Made by a program: the position numbers and the translations under genes. A stretch of 63,937 nt of DNA, filler included, from Guillardia theta CCMP2712 (lineage: Eukaryota; Protista; Cryptophyta): NCBI RefSeq assembly GCF_000315625.1. It is 5 parts of 5 records of this genome, joined end to end, with 100 filler letters (N's around TTAATTAATTAA, not from the genome) between each part and the next. Parts side by side here need not be neighbours in the genome. Positions count along the whole stretch, not along the records: positions 20,639 to 46,069 come from NW_005434581.1; 4 more parts are not named here. One strand, 5' to 3'. A model generated the notes under the pieces. The model had not been told where the DNA came from and searched no databases. It saw nothing but the letters and a program-made list of their open reading frames with translations. Below are positions 24,184 through 37,795 of the stretch, piece after piece (the stretch's first letter is position 1; each line of letters opens with the position of its first letter).

Positions 24184-26769
24184 TCTTGATGCTCTTGGGA
24201 TAAATAAATCAAATCAGTCTCTCTGGTAGTTGCGTTATTGCGTTTAGTTTTCGCTCAAAATCCGATCCAGCCTATGGCTGTTCACTTGTCCTTTGAACGT
24301 TGTCTTTACAAACAGGAGGAGACGATCCTGCAATTCATCCTTGGCTAGCTTTTTGCTTCCGAAGCCAACCCAACAGTCCTTGTTTTGCTTGCTCCGTTTT
24401 CAAGTCTTCCAGTCTATCGGCTTATCCTCTTGCTACCGTACTTCCTCCTCCTCTCCTCCTCTGAGAGCAATCGAAGTCCTCCTTCTTCTTGCCTCGCAAT
24501 CTCCTTTTTCTTCAACTCCACTTCCTCCTCCCACCTCCGGTTCACGTCTGCATGGAACAACCAACTTATCGTCAGTTTGACCACCCCCTCCGAGTCGAGT
24601 TACATTGCCCCCAAACCCATTCCTTGCCTTACCCCACCCCTATTCACACCACTGACCCACCCTCTATTTTAATGCCTGGGGGTTGTTACCCCCTGAAACG
24701 TCTACCCCACCCGTGCAGGGGGCACCAAGCAAGATCACACCCCTCATAATAATTGAAATCGCACTACTTTTTATATGTGCGCTGGTTTGTAAAATGCAGA
24801 ACACCGGTCCTGCATCACCCGCCAACGACGAGGGGTCTGCTTCCCTTTACCCCACCCCTCATTTTGACACCCCCACCCCCATTAGAACATGCTCATTTCT
24901 TCCAACACCCGTTATTTCACAGCAATTGCAGACCACCCCACCCCTCTGTCGTCTTAATGACCTCGGAGTTCCCATCCCCGTTGGGGCTGAAGCACCCACC
25001 CCTCTATTATAGAGCGTGTACCCCACCTATCCAAGAGAAAATCAAAATTTGTTCCCTACCTCACCCACCCGAATCGGAAACTTCTTCATGACCCCTCCCC
25101 TCTCCATCCTTGATTATGACCCCCTGGTCCTTCACATTCTGGACCATCACCCACCCCCTTGTTCAAATCAAGAGGAATGGTGGGTACATGAATGAAATAT
25201 ATTCTTTTCGTATTAGCCGCAGTCACTACCCCTGCTCACCGATTGCGCCCACTCCTTCCGCCACTCCTAATTCCATTGCTTCTTGGCAGTCTGTTTTACA
25301 TGACCTTATCAAAGTTGATATATTTCCCTCTTATACCGCCCAAGATAGGCCATCATCCTGATGTTCATGCGTCCTTGAGCGCCATCATGTCATTACTCTT
25401 ATCATGGGATTTGAGGCTCTTGCTGATCACAAGTTTGACTTGGGCGGAGGGTGGGTCCTACTCGTCCTGCTGTAGTAAATCGTGAGAGGTAGGGGTTAAA
25501 GTTACACGTATTTTTGGGGGTGGAATGATGGGGCAAACGCACGGACTGGTGGATGATGGGGGTGGTAGGTACTGAAAACGCTTTATAACTTAGTTTTTAG
25601 ATCTCTCGGTGATTTGATGTACCGGTGGGTGGTATTGAGAGGGCACCGTGGTGGTAGAAGCTCTTGAGGGGGTAGCTTGTTTTGGGGTGGTCCCTTTCCT
25701 TTAGGAATGGTGGGGTACGTCTGACTGAAATAGGGGGTTATCAAAGTGGAGGAAGAAGTTTGGGGGTGGTGAGATTTCAAGGTTATCAGCGAAGTGGATG
25801 AGTCGTTTCATTTAGGGGGTGGGGTAGGGGTATCTGTGGTACAAAACGTGTTTTGGGCGGGTGAAAACCCTAGGACCCCATCCCTGACAACTTGCAGCTC
25901 AATTGGACCCCTACCCCCATAGTTCATAAGAAAAAAGCGATCAAGTAGGGTCCTAATCAGTACCCTACACCCCCTAGTAGCCATATCTCCTACTCTACCC
26001 ACGACCCCTACCTACCTACCAGGCCCCTCCCTGTAGGTGACATCAAAAAAGCCGAAAATCACCCAGCAAATCTCGACCTCCACCCCCACCCCCAAAGTAA
26101 CAGAGGTCATAACCCCTTCATTTTCATTACCGCGACTCACTACTGGCATTTTTAACTTAACTTTGAAAAAAGAAGCTTCTTGCAGCATCCAAGTTAACTT
26201 GACTCAAGTCGGCAACTTGACCGGGCCGGGGGGGCCGACCCGCGGCGGGCCGCAACGTGCTACGGTGGCACCGGGCCCGGCCACCGTGACAAGAGTGAGT
26301 TCAAACTGAGGAGTAGGTCCGGCCGCCCGCGCGGCGGCAATCCGTCAAAGTTTGACTGGGGTGACCGGCCGGGCCGGCCGCCGGGCGGGCCGCCGGATCA
26401 TCGGATCGGATGACTCAGTGACTCGATGATGAATGACAGTGAGTCCGGTGACCCGGTATCGGACCACGATAATCATCGGATTGCAACGAGAGCTTGCCTG
26501 ATCGGCCGGGGCCCGGGGGCGCGGCGGATCCGACACTGATGCCCGGCCCGGTCACTGTGGCCGCACTGGCCGCCGGTGAGTGCCACTGGCGGCCGCGGGC
26601 CCGGCCCAAAAGCTTGACTCTGTCGGAGCATCCCGCGGCCCGGTCCGATCCGACTCGGAGCCTAGCCAGGAGCCCTTGAAGTCCTGACTCGCGCCGTGAC
26701 TGAAGGTTTCGGCCCAACCGTGACGGTTTACCGAAGCTGGAACTATCAATCTACCAAAGCCTCCTGGGC

Positions 26770-28903
26770 TTATCGCCCATGGAACGGCGGAAAGGTTATA
26801 GGAGTGTTGGGAGTACCGCAGGATGTGGCTGATGCTGTAAAGGATGCGGAGTGAGAAAGGGTTCACAGATGGGAAAGAGAAGGGGAAGGAAAGGGAGCCT
26901 GACGAGGGCAGGAGAAAGGTCAGGGGGAAAACTTACCAGCATTGGGGCAGTTGAAGAGAGAAACTCCTCCTCCTGGAGTCGCAGTGTAGCAGGATCGAAC
27001 CTGCCGCGGCGGGAGGTCATAAAAGGGAGGGAGGGAGGGAGGGAGGAAGGGAGGGAGGGAGATGGGATGGCGGTAGTGACCTCAAAGATCTGCAGCGATC
27101 CTTGCGCATCCGTGTTGCAGCCAAGCTCGACCTGTTATAGGAGTGAGACAATCTTGGGACCAGGATGGGGATGACAGCGGCATGATGCGACCAAGGGAGG
27201 ATGAGGCGGCGATGAGGAGGAAGGAATGATGAGACCAGGAGGAAGGGATGCAGGAGACATCTGCAGAAGCTCTTGGAGAAGAGTCTTCCTCACCTCGTAC
27301 GGGTATCCTTTCTTCATAGCCTCCTTTGCCTGAAGGATGAAAGATCAGTCCAAGAGAAGCCGGCAACAGCTCTGCGATCACTTCCGCCCACGTGGTCGTG
27401 TCCCCAGGGTTGATCCCAGCAGCAGAGAGGAACCTTGTAGAAGCAGTCAATTGAACCCTCCCCATCCTCTCCCTCCCCTCTTGCCCTTCAAGTCACCTCC
27501 CTCCTTCTCTCCTCTTGCCCTTCTCTCCCTCCCCTCCTCTCATCCTGTTTCGATGCCTCCCCCCGCCCCCCCTCCTCTCTCGTTTTCTCGCAGTCTGCTC
27601 TTCCTTTTTCTTACTTGAAGACGTCGAACTTCTCTCGCAGATCGAGGACCAGCCTGAAGTAGGCATGTTCCTTCTGTGGGGCTGTAAAGATTTTCTCCGC
27701 GCAAGTGCCATGCCGAAGCCATCTGCTCCCAGTGTTAGAGCCTGGAGGTCACATGGAGGGAGAGTCGACTCGTGCTCCCAGAAGGAAGATTGGTCGGGAG
27801 CCACAAGCGACGGCCAATACTGTTGAAAAGGATAAGCAGCAGGCCAAGATAGGCATGTAGGAAGAAGGAACAAGCATGATTGAGCGGAGAGACGACAACA
27901 GAAGAGGGGAACGGCACTGCCAAGGTGCGAACACAGCCAGGAAGCAGATGCACGACCTTCTCCAGCTCAGGAAGGAGGTCTTGAATGGCTGACATATTGA
28001 ACGGGGCATCCTGGGTAGGCGCAGTCTCATAAGACCTTCCACCCTATAGCCTTGATCCTCTCAATCTCTCAACTGCAGTCACTTACCTTGTCGCAGTATT
28101 GCGGCCATGAACCATTGAAGAACTCCGGCCACAGGCCATGCAGAAGCCATCCCTGAGTGACGGAATCATGCAGGATGGAGAGGGCGGATGAGCAGGGAAT
28201 AAGGGTGACGGATTTTAACTCTGCGGACCACGGAAGGAGAGCGACAGAGCGAGGGGAGGGGAGGGATGGGAATGAAGCAGGGGAAAGGGGAGAGCAGCAA
28301 GAGCAAGAAGAGAGGGAGAGGTGGAGGAGAAAGGATGGGCTAAGAAGTGAGAAAGGCGAGGATGGTAAATAAGCATTTGGTTTTCAAATTACCGTCGTTG
28401 GCTCAACCCTGTACAGTGCAGTTTGTCAGAATCATTGAACCCGTCACGTCGGATATTGATAGGGAGAATCATGCTGACATCATCATGATAAACACACAAT
28501 CATCATTTCTTAATACAATGATTTTGATGTGAGCAGTAGAAATGATGATGATCAAAACACAGAGTAGTAACATTGGACGTCACATTGAGAACAATCACGG
28601 GGGTAGTTCATGTACGTGAAGTCGAATCAAGATGATGTAAGAGATCAGCACGACAATTTGTTGGCAAGACATAAAAACCTTCGCTGCTTACTTTGGCCAA
28701 GTACATCCCTTCTTGGTATCGCAGAACGATCCAGGCCATTCCTGCATTTTTGACATGCTTCATTGTTTGCAAAGAGCTTCTGGTAATCTCACCTGTACAA
28801 GATGCATGTAGTCGAAACCAACGTCTCCTGCCTTCTTGGAATCCACCTCATGCCTCCTTCCCTTCTTCAGAGGGATGGCAAGGCAAGAGGACGCCAATAT
28901 CAT
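26770..28903 (-). CDS. Ribonuclease T2 family, multi-exon (5' end may extend further)
   Basis: FDYMHLVQ|EWPGSFCDTKKGCTWPK, CAS I GWLLHGLWPEFFNGSWPQYC, CAS II YWPSLVAPDQSSFWEHEWLRHGTC, LQIFEVRSCY, C-terminal CGTPNTPITFPPFHGR*. Confidence 0.93.
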
Positions 28904-30998
28904 GACGACCTGCTCGCTGTCATTCTGGAGATTCTAGGCGCGCTAGCAATGCAGTGAAACAATCATGATGTTCGAGGCAACGTATCAAACTAACACAATT
29001 GATGACAAGCTAATCAGCAATGGAGATGGAAGCAATTTCGCCCGGGATCATCAAGAAATGCCGCGGGAACGAGAAGGGCCGAAAGAGGCAAGAGGGCGCA
29101 AAATGGAGCCACTGGTACCCGGCAGATCCGCGATACAGAGAAGCGATGCGATTGAAGATAGAGGAGAATCAAGGGATTGCAACATGCATGAGATCATTCA
29201 AGACACAAGAAAGATCACGATGGCAAACGATCAACTTTTAAGGATCGATCCATAGATCGTAAACCCATCAAAAACGCTATCTGAAGGATTTTTTTTCATC
29301 TGTGCGACGTCGCCTTCCAGACTTCATCTACAAATATACTTCTCATACATGTCGTTCACCTTATCGCCATGTTTATCGTCTCCATCTGATATCCTTCTGC
29401 TTCGAATCTACCAGTTTCCTCCCTTCAGCAAACACTACTCCTCTCCTACCTCTTCCTCTCTCAATCTTCCACTTCCCATCTTCCATCTTCCACCTGTCTT
29501 GCCATGAAGACAAAGTGATGGGTCTTGATTCAACCCTCTCCCTCCTCCTCTGCTCTCCTCCCTCCCGCCTTACCAGGCATCTCGTTGCCGCCGCCATAGA
29601 CAAAACCAAGAGACGTATGAAATGCAAGTTTGTTGGGAAGAGGAACATTAGGGGGTAGGGTGATCCTTTATTGGGGTGGGGGTCCATTGATCTGTCAATG
29701 GATAGTCATAATCAGGGGTATTTGGTACTCAATAGTACGGGTAATCAAGTTTTCCCTGGGGTAACCAACTTTCAAGGAGGTGTGGATGACAATCAATCTG
29801 AGATTCCCTGCTGGGGTGGGGGTTAACAATCAGGGGTAGGACCAAACTTGGATGAGGATTTACCACGGATGGGTGGGGTTATTTCATATAGTCAATCAGG
29901 GTGAGGGTAGTGTGAATTTGTCTTTGGGTGGGTAGGGTACTTGATGGTGGAGGTACAGTCTTTAGGTGTAAGGGGCTGGTAGGGTAGATGGGGCCCATGT
30001 GAGAAATAAAAATTGGGGTCAGGGGTGGGGCAATAATTTTGAAGGGGGGTAGGGGGTATCAGACTTTTGGACAGGAGGGGGGGGGATACTTGATATGAAA
30101 GTCACTGGTAAAGCAAGGGTAGGGTAATTTTGCAAGAAATCCAAGGGTGGGGTAACCAAAGTCAGGAGTGAAAAGGGGTGGGTAGTCAGTGGTTTGAATC
30201 AAATGCGAAATGGGTAGATTGAGTCCAGTGTGTAGAAGGGAATGAGAGGAGGAGAGAAGGCCTTGACGACGATGACGACGATGTGGAGGAGGAGAAGGAG
30301 AAAATCATGATGAGATCCAAGAAGGGAACGAGAAGCTTGAGTTGGTAGACGAAGAGCAGGAATGTGAGCTGTGGTGTGATGATATGTAGACATGTGCTGG
30401 GCTAGTTGCATCCGAATCGTTGTGTTGATTGGAATTGAAGGATGCAATGGTGCGCTATGACTGATTAATGATGATGTTTGAAGAAGCTTGAAAAGACTGC
30501 GAATTGAGCTTTTGCTTGAATGTTTTATAAGTTTCACCCATGCTACTACATAGACTATTGATGGATCAAAATGGTATTCAGAAGCGATCCTATGGCAGTC
30601 AAGCGGGACGAAGGCATTCGGACATGCATGCATACCTAAAGAGAAGCATGTTGGAAGGGAGGAAATTGTTTGTTACCGAAGACGGCATGGAGGGGCCATT
30701 AGGATAACAATTTCGACCCTCAATGTTCGATCCAAGGGTCCTGGAGTGATAGCGAAGAAATCCATATCTAGACCTGCTGGCAAAGACCCTGTTTGTGGGT
30801 GATGGCCTCGATAGAGTTTTGATGAGAGGAAAGGGCACTGCCTTGCAAGATGTTGCATGTATGATTCTGACCGAACATTCATGCAGGATCCCACAAAAAC
30901 CGATCACGACGATGGCAAGCTGAAACAAGGAGCTCTGGGGTGGCAGTAGAAGAGGAGGAAGAGACATAGCGGCAAGGGATCGGAACCTCCACTCATCG

Positions 30999-32030
30999 AT
31001 GCCTCTTCCTCGCAGGAAGTGTAAGTCTCCCTACCGGCCCTCACTGAAGAGGAGGGAGAGCCAGGAGACTGAGAGCTTGAAGAAGAGCAGCAGCTCGCGT
31101 CGAGCCCACTCGCTCCGTCCCCTCAAGACTTCCCTGGTCGGGAAGCGGAAGAAGCCGGTCAGCTCCAAGGGATCGAGCACGCGAGGAAGCCTGAGGAGCA
31201 CGAGAAGTGCCGGTGCTGTGAGGAGATCATCAGGCAGGACTCCGGAGAAGTCGCGACCTGTGGCCAACAAGAAAGTTTCGAAGACGAAGCAAGCAAAGAA
31301 GGAGAAAGTGAAAGAGGAGAAATCTGAGGAGGAGGAGGAGGAGGAGGAGGAGGAGGAGGATGAAGGAGACGGTGAGGAGGAGGGGGAGGAGGAGGAGGAG
31401 GAGGAGGAGGAGCAGGCAAAGCCCAAAAAAGCTTTCTTTAGCGACTTGCCTGTGGATTCCAAGAGACGAAAGAAACAGGAAGCTGAAGACAAATTCTTCG
31501 CCCAAAGGTGCGTGACATTCTACATGTGCTTGTTCTCGTCTGACCAGCCCACAAGGTTGCAAGCACAGATCAAATCAGCAGGCAAAGGTGAAAGAGGTGA
31601 TGCTGGACATGTCGAAGCTGCAGCGCTGATTCCATCGTGCAGGGGCTCAGGGTCACAGCAAGGAGAAGGGGAAGGGGAAGGAGAAGGAGAAGGAAGAGGA
31701 AGAAAAGAAAGAGGTCGGGGCGGAGGAGCAAGACAACGAAGGAGAGAAGGAAGGGGAGCAGAAACAGGGAGGCAAGGAAGAGGAGGGGGGAAAGGGGACG
31801 GAAGAGCAGGAGAGCTCAAAAGAGGAGGCGACTCCTAAAGGAGCTACGGATCAGAACGGGAAAAAGGCAACAAGCAGCGAGCCTGTACGCTGTGCTTGGA
31901 AGGGATCGTGTAGCTGAAGTCCCTTAGCAGGACGTCGGCACTGTCAATCAGTCCAACGGCCTCAAGCCTAGTGGGAGCAACAATGAAGCGAACAAGAATG
32001 AGGGGAGTAACGAGGATGGTGAGAAAACTA
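30999..32030 (+). CDS. Hypothetical K/R- and E-rich low-complexity protein (may join the downstream gene)
   Basis: 279-aa ORF with basic and acidic tracts plus downstream exon-like segments. No domain recognised. Confidence 0.45.
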
Positions 32031-32169
32031 TGGCTGCCCCCTCCTTTCTTTTGTTTCTTATGCATCTGCTTGCTTATCTCCAATTTGCTCCTCCCCCCTC
32101 CCTCCTTCCTCCTTGTCTGCTTTCTCTTGTTCTCCTGTAAATATTCTTCACCTCGTGTCACTGCATCTT

Positions 32170-34303
32170 GCCAGATTCTCATCCCCCTGCTTCTTCGGGT
32201 CAACCCTCAAGCACTCCCGCGGCCCCGCTGCAGGGACAACCGACAGTAGTGCCCCCAGCAAAGGTGAGCTAGCTCTGCCCTGTTTGACCCACACTCGAAC
32301 TGAAGGTTTCATCCTTTCTTTGCCTTCCTCCTTCTCCTCCTCCTCCCTGGCAGCCGAAGAGAAAAAGAAAACCCAAAGCCAAGAACATCTATCAGAACAC
32401 TTTCTACTTCACTCACACGGCCGGAGTCTTCCATGCGGCGAATCCCAAGGATCAATGGGTCACTGGTGGAAGTCAAAATTACCCCAAGAATTTCAATCAG
32501 GTGACAACACTGCTCAAAAAAACTAGTGATCCTGATCGTCACGTCCTACTCCTCCGTCTCCTCCTCCCCCTCATCGACTGACCATGGCATTCTGCATTTC
32601 CACCTCTTGCTATGCTTCATGCTCCGACGTCTTATCCGTTCGTACCTCACTCTTCCTCCCCTTCCAAGGCCATCACCGATGGGTCGAGCTCGAGGTTCAC
32701 CATGATCGAAGACTCTTCCCGCCCCAAGGTCAGTCGCTCCCTCCACCTGCCTCCTCCTCACTTCTCCCCCAGGCCTCGGACACCTGGGATGGCTCGCTCG
32801 CTCTCACCGTCCCAGGAGATCAGCATGTTCCTGCTTACGCCCCCATCAAGTGGGGCAGCAAGGCGGCAAAGCAGCTCGCGGCCGACTTGGAGCAGGGAGG
32901 CAGGCAACCCCTGCTCGATCAGCACGCATGGAATTCGGTCCCCTCCGCCGCCAGCACCTCGACGACCAACCACTTGGAAGGATCGAGCACTGTCAGGAAG
33001 GCTCCCTCCCTCCAGTCCAGCTCTTCCTCAGCTGTCGAGACCAGCGCAGTTCATCCCATCTCGGTGGCATACAACAACCTGGCGGGTGCTGCTGGGGTTC
33101 AGCAGAGCTACGGCAGGGCAACGAGCTCGCTGCAACAGAACCTGCCAACGTATCCGTTCGACGCCTCTCACTCCTATCCTCTGCAGATGCACCTCTCCTC
33201 CCTCCCCCAGTTCGCGCCCTCCTGCCCGAGCCAGCAGCTCCAGCAGAGCCTCCAGCAGGAGATGCAGAAGCAGCTGCAGCAGAAGCAGCTGCAGGAGATG
33301 CAGAAGCAACTGGAACTCCAGCAGCAGCAGCAGCAGTTCGCCATGGCAGCGCACAAGGCCATGCAGCTGAACGCGCAGCCCATTTCCCTGCTCGGCGCCG
33401 CCGCTGTCAACAACTTCTTTGCCAACCCGACGAACGTGGGACAGCAGCAGCAGCAGCAGCAGCTCATGGAGAACTACCTCCTCGCCTGCCAGAGCCGATC
33501 CAACTTTCCCGCCTTGAGTGCAAACGGCCTTGGAAACGTCTCGAGCTCGTATCTTGGATCTGCAGGCCTGGCAAGCGCTGGCTGGGGTACACCTGGGGAT
33601 GTACTAGGGAAGTCGTCGAGCGACAAGAGCAGCCAAGGCCAGAGGTCCTCGGCGAGCATCACCATCCTCCCAGAGGGCAACGGCGTGCAGAATTCCCAGC
33701 TCAGCTCGGGCCAGGTTGTTGTGCTTGCTCGCATGCGTGCCAGACTGACGTCTCCTCTCAGCAGGCTTCCAGCATATCCAGCTCGCTGTTGAACCAGAGC
33801 AGCAGCCTACCCACGGTCTTGCAGCCCAAGGCCTCAAAGCCGAGGAAGGGAAGGCAGGCATCTTCTACCGCCTTGCCGAGCTCTGCCGAGTTCTCCTCGC
33901 AGCTCCTGGAGTCCAACAGCAACTCGTGGGCTGCTGCCCTTGGGGGTCAGAGCCAGTTCAACACTGTGCAGGGTACGGTCATTTCAAACTCAAACCGCTC
34001 CCAGGTGAGCCTCAGCAGGCTTTTCCAGCTGAACCCCCCCCCCCCCCCCCCCCCACATTCTCCCCACCTTCCTTCTTCTTCCCCTGACGAGCACGGCAGG
34101 CGATCTACGCTGAGATGTGGAAGGCTCATCACCCGATGCACGTGCCTGTCGCCATGGCGACGAACGCTACGTTCGTAGGGCTCACGAGAGTTCCCACAGG
34201 GAGCTCGAGCAGCAGCGGGCTGACGTCGGGGCCCCGTCCAACCTCAGCTGCCGTTCCAGCTGAAGTTGTCCACGACACCGAGAGCGATACCGAGAGCGAC
34301 TAG
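32170..34303 (+). CDS. Hypothetical Gln/Ser-rich nuclear protein, multi-exon
   Basis: NLS-like PKRKRKPKAK exon, long Q-rich exon (32773-33714), terminal exon ending HDTESDTESD*. Confidence 0.6.
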
Positions 34304-35224
34304 TAAGACTGTTGAGTGCTCGACCTCTCCGATCGTTCGCCTGTAGATGATGGTGCAGTACTTGAAGGGATTATAGTTGAAGGAGGGGAGAGGGGGAAAG
34401 AGGAGGCGGGTAGAAATTGTTCGTCGGTGAGTACGGTTGAGTTAAATCTGGTAGCGAATACGTAAGGGTTAGTACAGGAACCTTAACTGTCACCGGATGT
34501 CAAGAATTTATGAAGGTGAAAACTTTCAAAGGGCCCGTGGCCGGCAGGGCGAGGCTTAGTCGGATGCTGAGGCTACTGCACTGAGCACCGTGGCCTCCCC
34601 TGAGCGCCTCAGTGAGGCAAACTCGACCAACCGGCTCGGGGGGAGACCCTTGCCGGGTCCTCCGAAGTTCAGTGAACTTCCGAAGACAGAGATCCTGCCT
34701 ACTGCTGCCCCCGAAACTTAACTGATACCTTCACTTAACTTCGCGCAGGACCAGACCCCCGCACCCGGCTGCCCGGCCGGTCATGGTTGAACTGCAGTGC
34801 GCCCCGGGCCCGGCACGGCCCGGCCAGTGCCGTGCGCCGGGCCCTCCGGGGGCCCGGCAGGTGAGGAGGAGAGAGAGAGGGAGAGAGGGAGGGAGAGAGG
34901 GAGAGAGGGGTGGGGGGGAGGGGAGAGGAGAGAGAAGCTAGTGAGGTGGAGGGAGAAGGAGTTCGAGACTCCAGCGGCAAGCAAGGATGAGAGCGATGGC
35001 TGCTATGGAAGTGAAGGAATGGCAGGAGGCGAGCTGCTGAGACCATGGATTGCAGAGTTTCTTGAGGATGTAGATGAAGCAGCAGCGGGGGAGGTAGCAA
35101 CAAAAAGATCGAGATCAAGTGGCAGGGCAGGGGAGGATCAAGACACGTAGTTCAATCTAATGTCGCTCAACTGATTGCTGTTGTACAGGAGAAGGAGGGT
35201 TGAAGTTGCTGAATACCGTTAACA

Positions 35225-36530
35225 ATGAACGCTCACGGTATGCTCTCCTTTCTCCTTTCTCTTTCCCTTCCTCTTCCACTCTCTCTCTCGTCTTCGTCTT
35301 CGTCTTCGTCTTCCCCCTCCCCTACCTCTCCCCTCACTGACTCCCCACCCTCGTGTGACTCCCTTCCTCTCTCCTGCAGGCAACTACTCGCTCCCCTCGA
35401 CCGGGATTGGTATGGGAGGAAGCATGATGGGACAGATGCAGCAGCCGCTTCTTCAGTCAAAGGACCTCACGGAACAGGCGAAACAATGCCAGGTAGGAAG
35501 AGATGAGGGGGAAGGGGAGAGCGAGGAGGGGAGAGGGGTGAGGGGAGAGGTAGGAGGGGGGAGGGAGGAGGGGGAAGGGAGGAGGAGGAGGGAGGAGGGG
35601 GGAGGGAGGAGGAGGAGGGAGGAGGGGGGAGGAGGCAGAGGAGAGGGAGGAGGAGGGGAGAGGGGAGGGGACAAGGAGGAAGGAGGAGGGGAGATGGAGG
35701 ATCGGGGACAGAGAGACAGGTGGGAGGAGTAAAGAAAGGAGGGGCAAGAGGGGAGAGGGAGGAGGAAGGAGACAATGATAGGAATGTACACAGGAAGCCA
35801 TCGAGATGATGCTGCAGTCATATGAGGGCATCTTGCTCCAAGTACATCTTGTTGCTGCTGCTCCTTCTGTTGACCAACATGGACAGGCGCGAACTTATCC
35901 AACAGCTGCAGACTGCACATCGACGGTGAGGAGGAGGAGGGTGGAGGAAGGGAGAAGAGGAGGAGCTGGGGGGAGAGGAGGATGATCTGAACAGAAGAGT
36001 TTGAGAGGATTGGCAGACGAGCATGCAGCTGCAAGTAGAGAAGATCGCATACGCATCCGAGACGCTCCTCCAGGCACATCCTCCTCCTCCTCCTCCTCCT
36101 CCTCCTCCTCCTTGCACACATCTTCCTTGCTCGATGCCCGTACCGCCTCCATGATCATCATCTTCTCCACCACCTCCTGTCATGCGCCAACTTCTTGAGA
36201 CTTTGTTCAGACGATCAGTGCCCTGCGCGTCTCAGGCGTTGCCAACAACGTCCCTCACCTCAACGCGTGAGATGGTCTGCTGCTCGCTCGATGACGCTGA
36301 TGAAGAGAGCAGGCACATGGAGAAGCGAATCAAGGATCTCAAGGACACAGAAGTGTGTTCGATGATGATAGGAGGAGGAGGAGGAGGAGGAGGAGGAGGA
36401 GGAGGAGGAGGAGGAGGAGGAGGAGGAGGAGGAGGAGGAGGAGGAGGAGGAGGATGATGATCGGCTGCTGTCAAAATCATGGAAGAGAGTAGGTGGGTGA
36501 TGGCACCCCTACCCTGCTTTTGCAGGGATT
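35225..36530 (+). CDS. MED22: Mediator subunit Med22-like (3' end uncertain)
   Basis: Manual splicing gives LLQSKDLTEQAKQCQ|EAIEMMLQSYEGILLQ|AR...|DWQTSMQLQVEKIAYASETLLQ|TISALRVSGVANNVPHLNA|HMEKRIKDLKDTE. This follows the Med22 pattern (M.VRAANIVRAGESLMKLVSDLK...NDFPSVN), recalled from memory. Confidence 0.55.
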
Positions 36531-37795
36531 CAACAGGGGTCCCAGTACCCTCCCCCCAACGTAACCCTTCATGCTGCTGGCGGGTCCCCCTGCTCTTTCT
36601 TCTGCCCTCAAGCTTCCTCGCGGTGCTGTGCTGCATCCCAACCCGCTGCCATGCGCCGTTCCGTTCTGTCAGCGGCGGCAGTCCTCTCCCTCTCCCTCTC
36701 CCTCCTCTCTCTCACCCCTTCCAACGCTTCCACTGGCGTGTCTTCGTTCTCTTCATCCCACNNNNNNNNNNNNNNNNNNNNNNNNNNNNNNNNNNNNNNN
36801 NNNNNNNNNNNNNNNNNNNNNNNNNNNNNNNNNNNNNNNNNNNNNNNNNNNNNNNNNNNNNCCTCCACATGCCTCGTAGTCCTCGTCCTCTTCCTCTTCC
36901 TTTCCGGCGCGGCCACCATCATCATCATCATCATCATCACCTCCTCGACGACTTCTTCTTATTCTTCTTTTTTTTTTTTCATCATCATCATCACCATCAT
37001 CGTAGTTGTCACACGTCGTCGTCGTCCTCATCCTCCATGATGGTGTGGTTGTTGTTCGTCCACGACGATGACGACGACGACAACAAGAAGAACAAGATGA
37101 TGCAGAAGATCGAGGACGAAGGAGGAGGAGGAGGAGGAGGAGGAGGAGGAGGAGGAGGAGTTTGGAGGCAGGGAACTGAGATAGACTTTTCAGATTGAAA
37201 GCCAACAAGCGCTTGTCAGTCTCAGCCTTGAAATTGCAGATTTACTGCAGGTGAATTCGATGTTTGGCATTTCTCTCTTCATTGCTTTCTGTTTGCGGAG
37301 TGTTCGCAACATTTCTTTGTCCTGTTTCGCCAGATTGTGCATGAAGAAACATTCTTGTACTCAAAATGCAAGAGAAGTTTGATGTCCATGTTGCACAACG
37401 AAGGAAATGAGAAGGATGTAACATATCACAAGGGTGTGTGTGTCAAGACAAGATTCTTGTTGATACTATGTGTCACACGGTTCAGGGCATTGAGGTGACA
37501 TGGCTTATGTTTGCTTCCCTTGTCAGGAGTTGGAGCACAGTTACTACACCACACCGAGCTTCGATTGATGTTTTCAACATTTTATTTCTGTATGTTTAGC
37601 TAATCTGGTAGAAACAATAACGTCACTGTCTGAAATCTCATTTCAGTTACTGTCCTAGAGACACGTTGCTTCTTGCAACATTTTCGATTCCCTCTCCTCT
37701 CCTCTCCTCTCCTCTCCTCTCCTCTCCTCTCCTGACCTCTCCTCTCCTCTCCTCGCCCGGTGGAGGGAGGAAAAGTCAATAGCGAGCCGGCAGCT

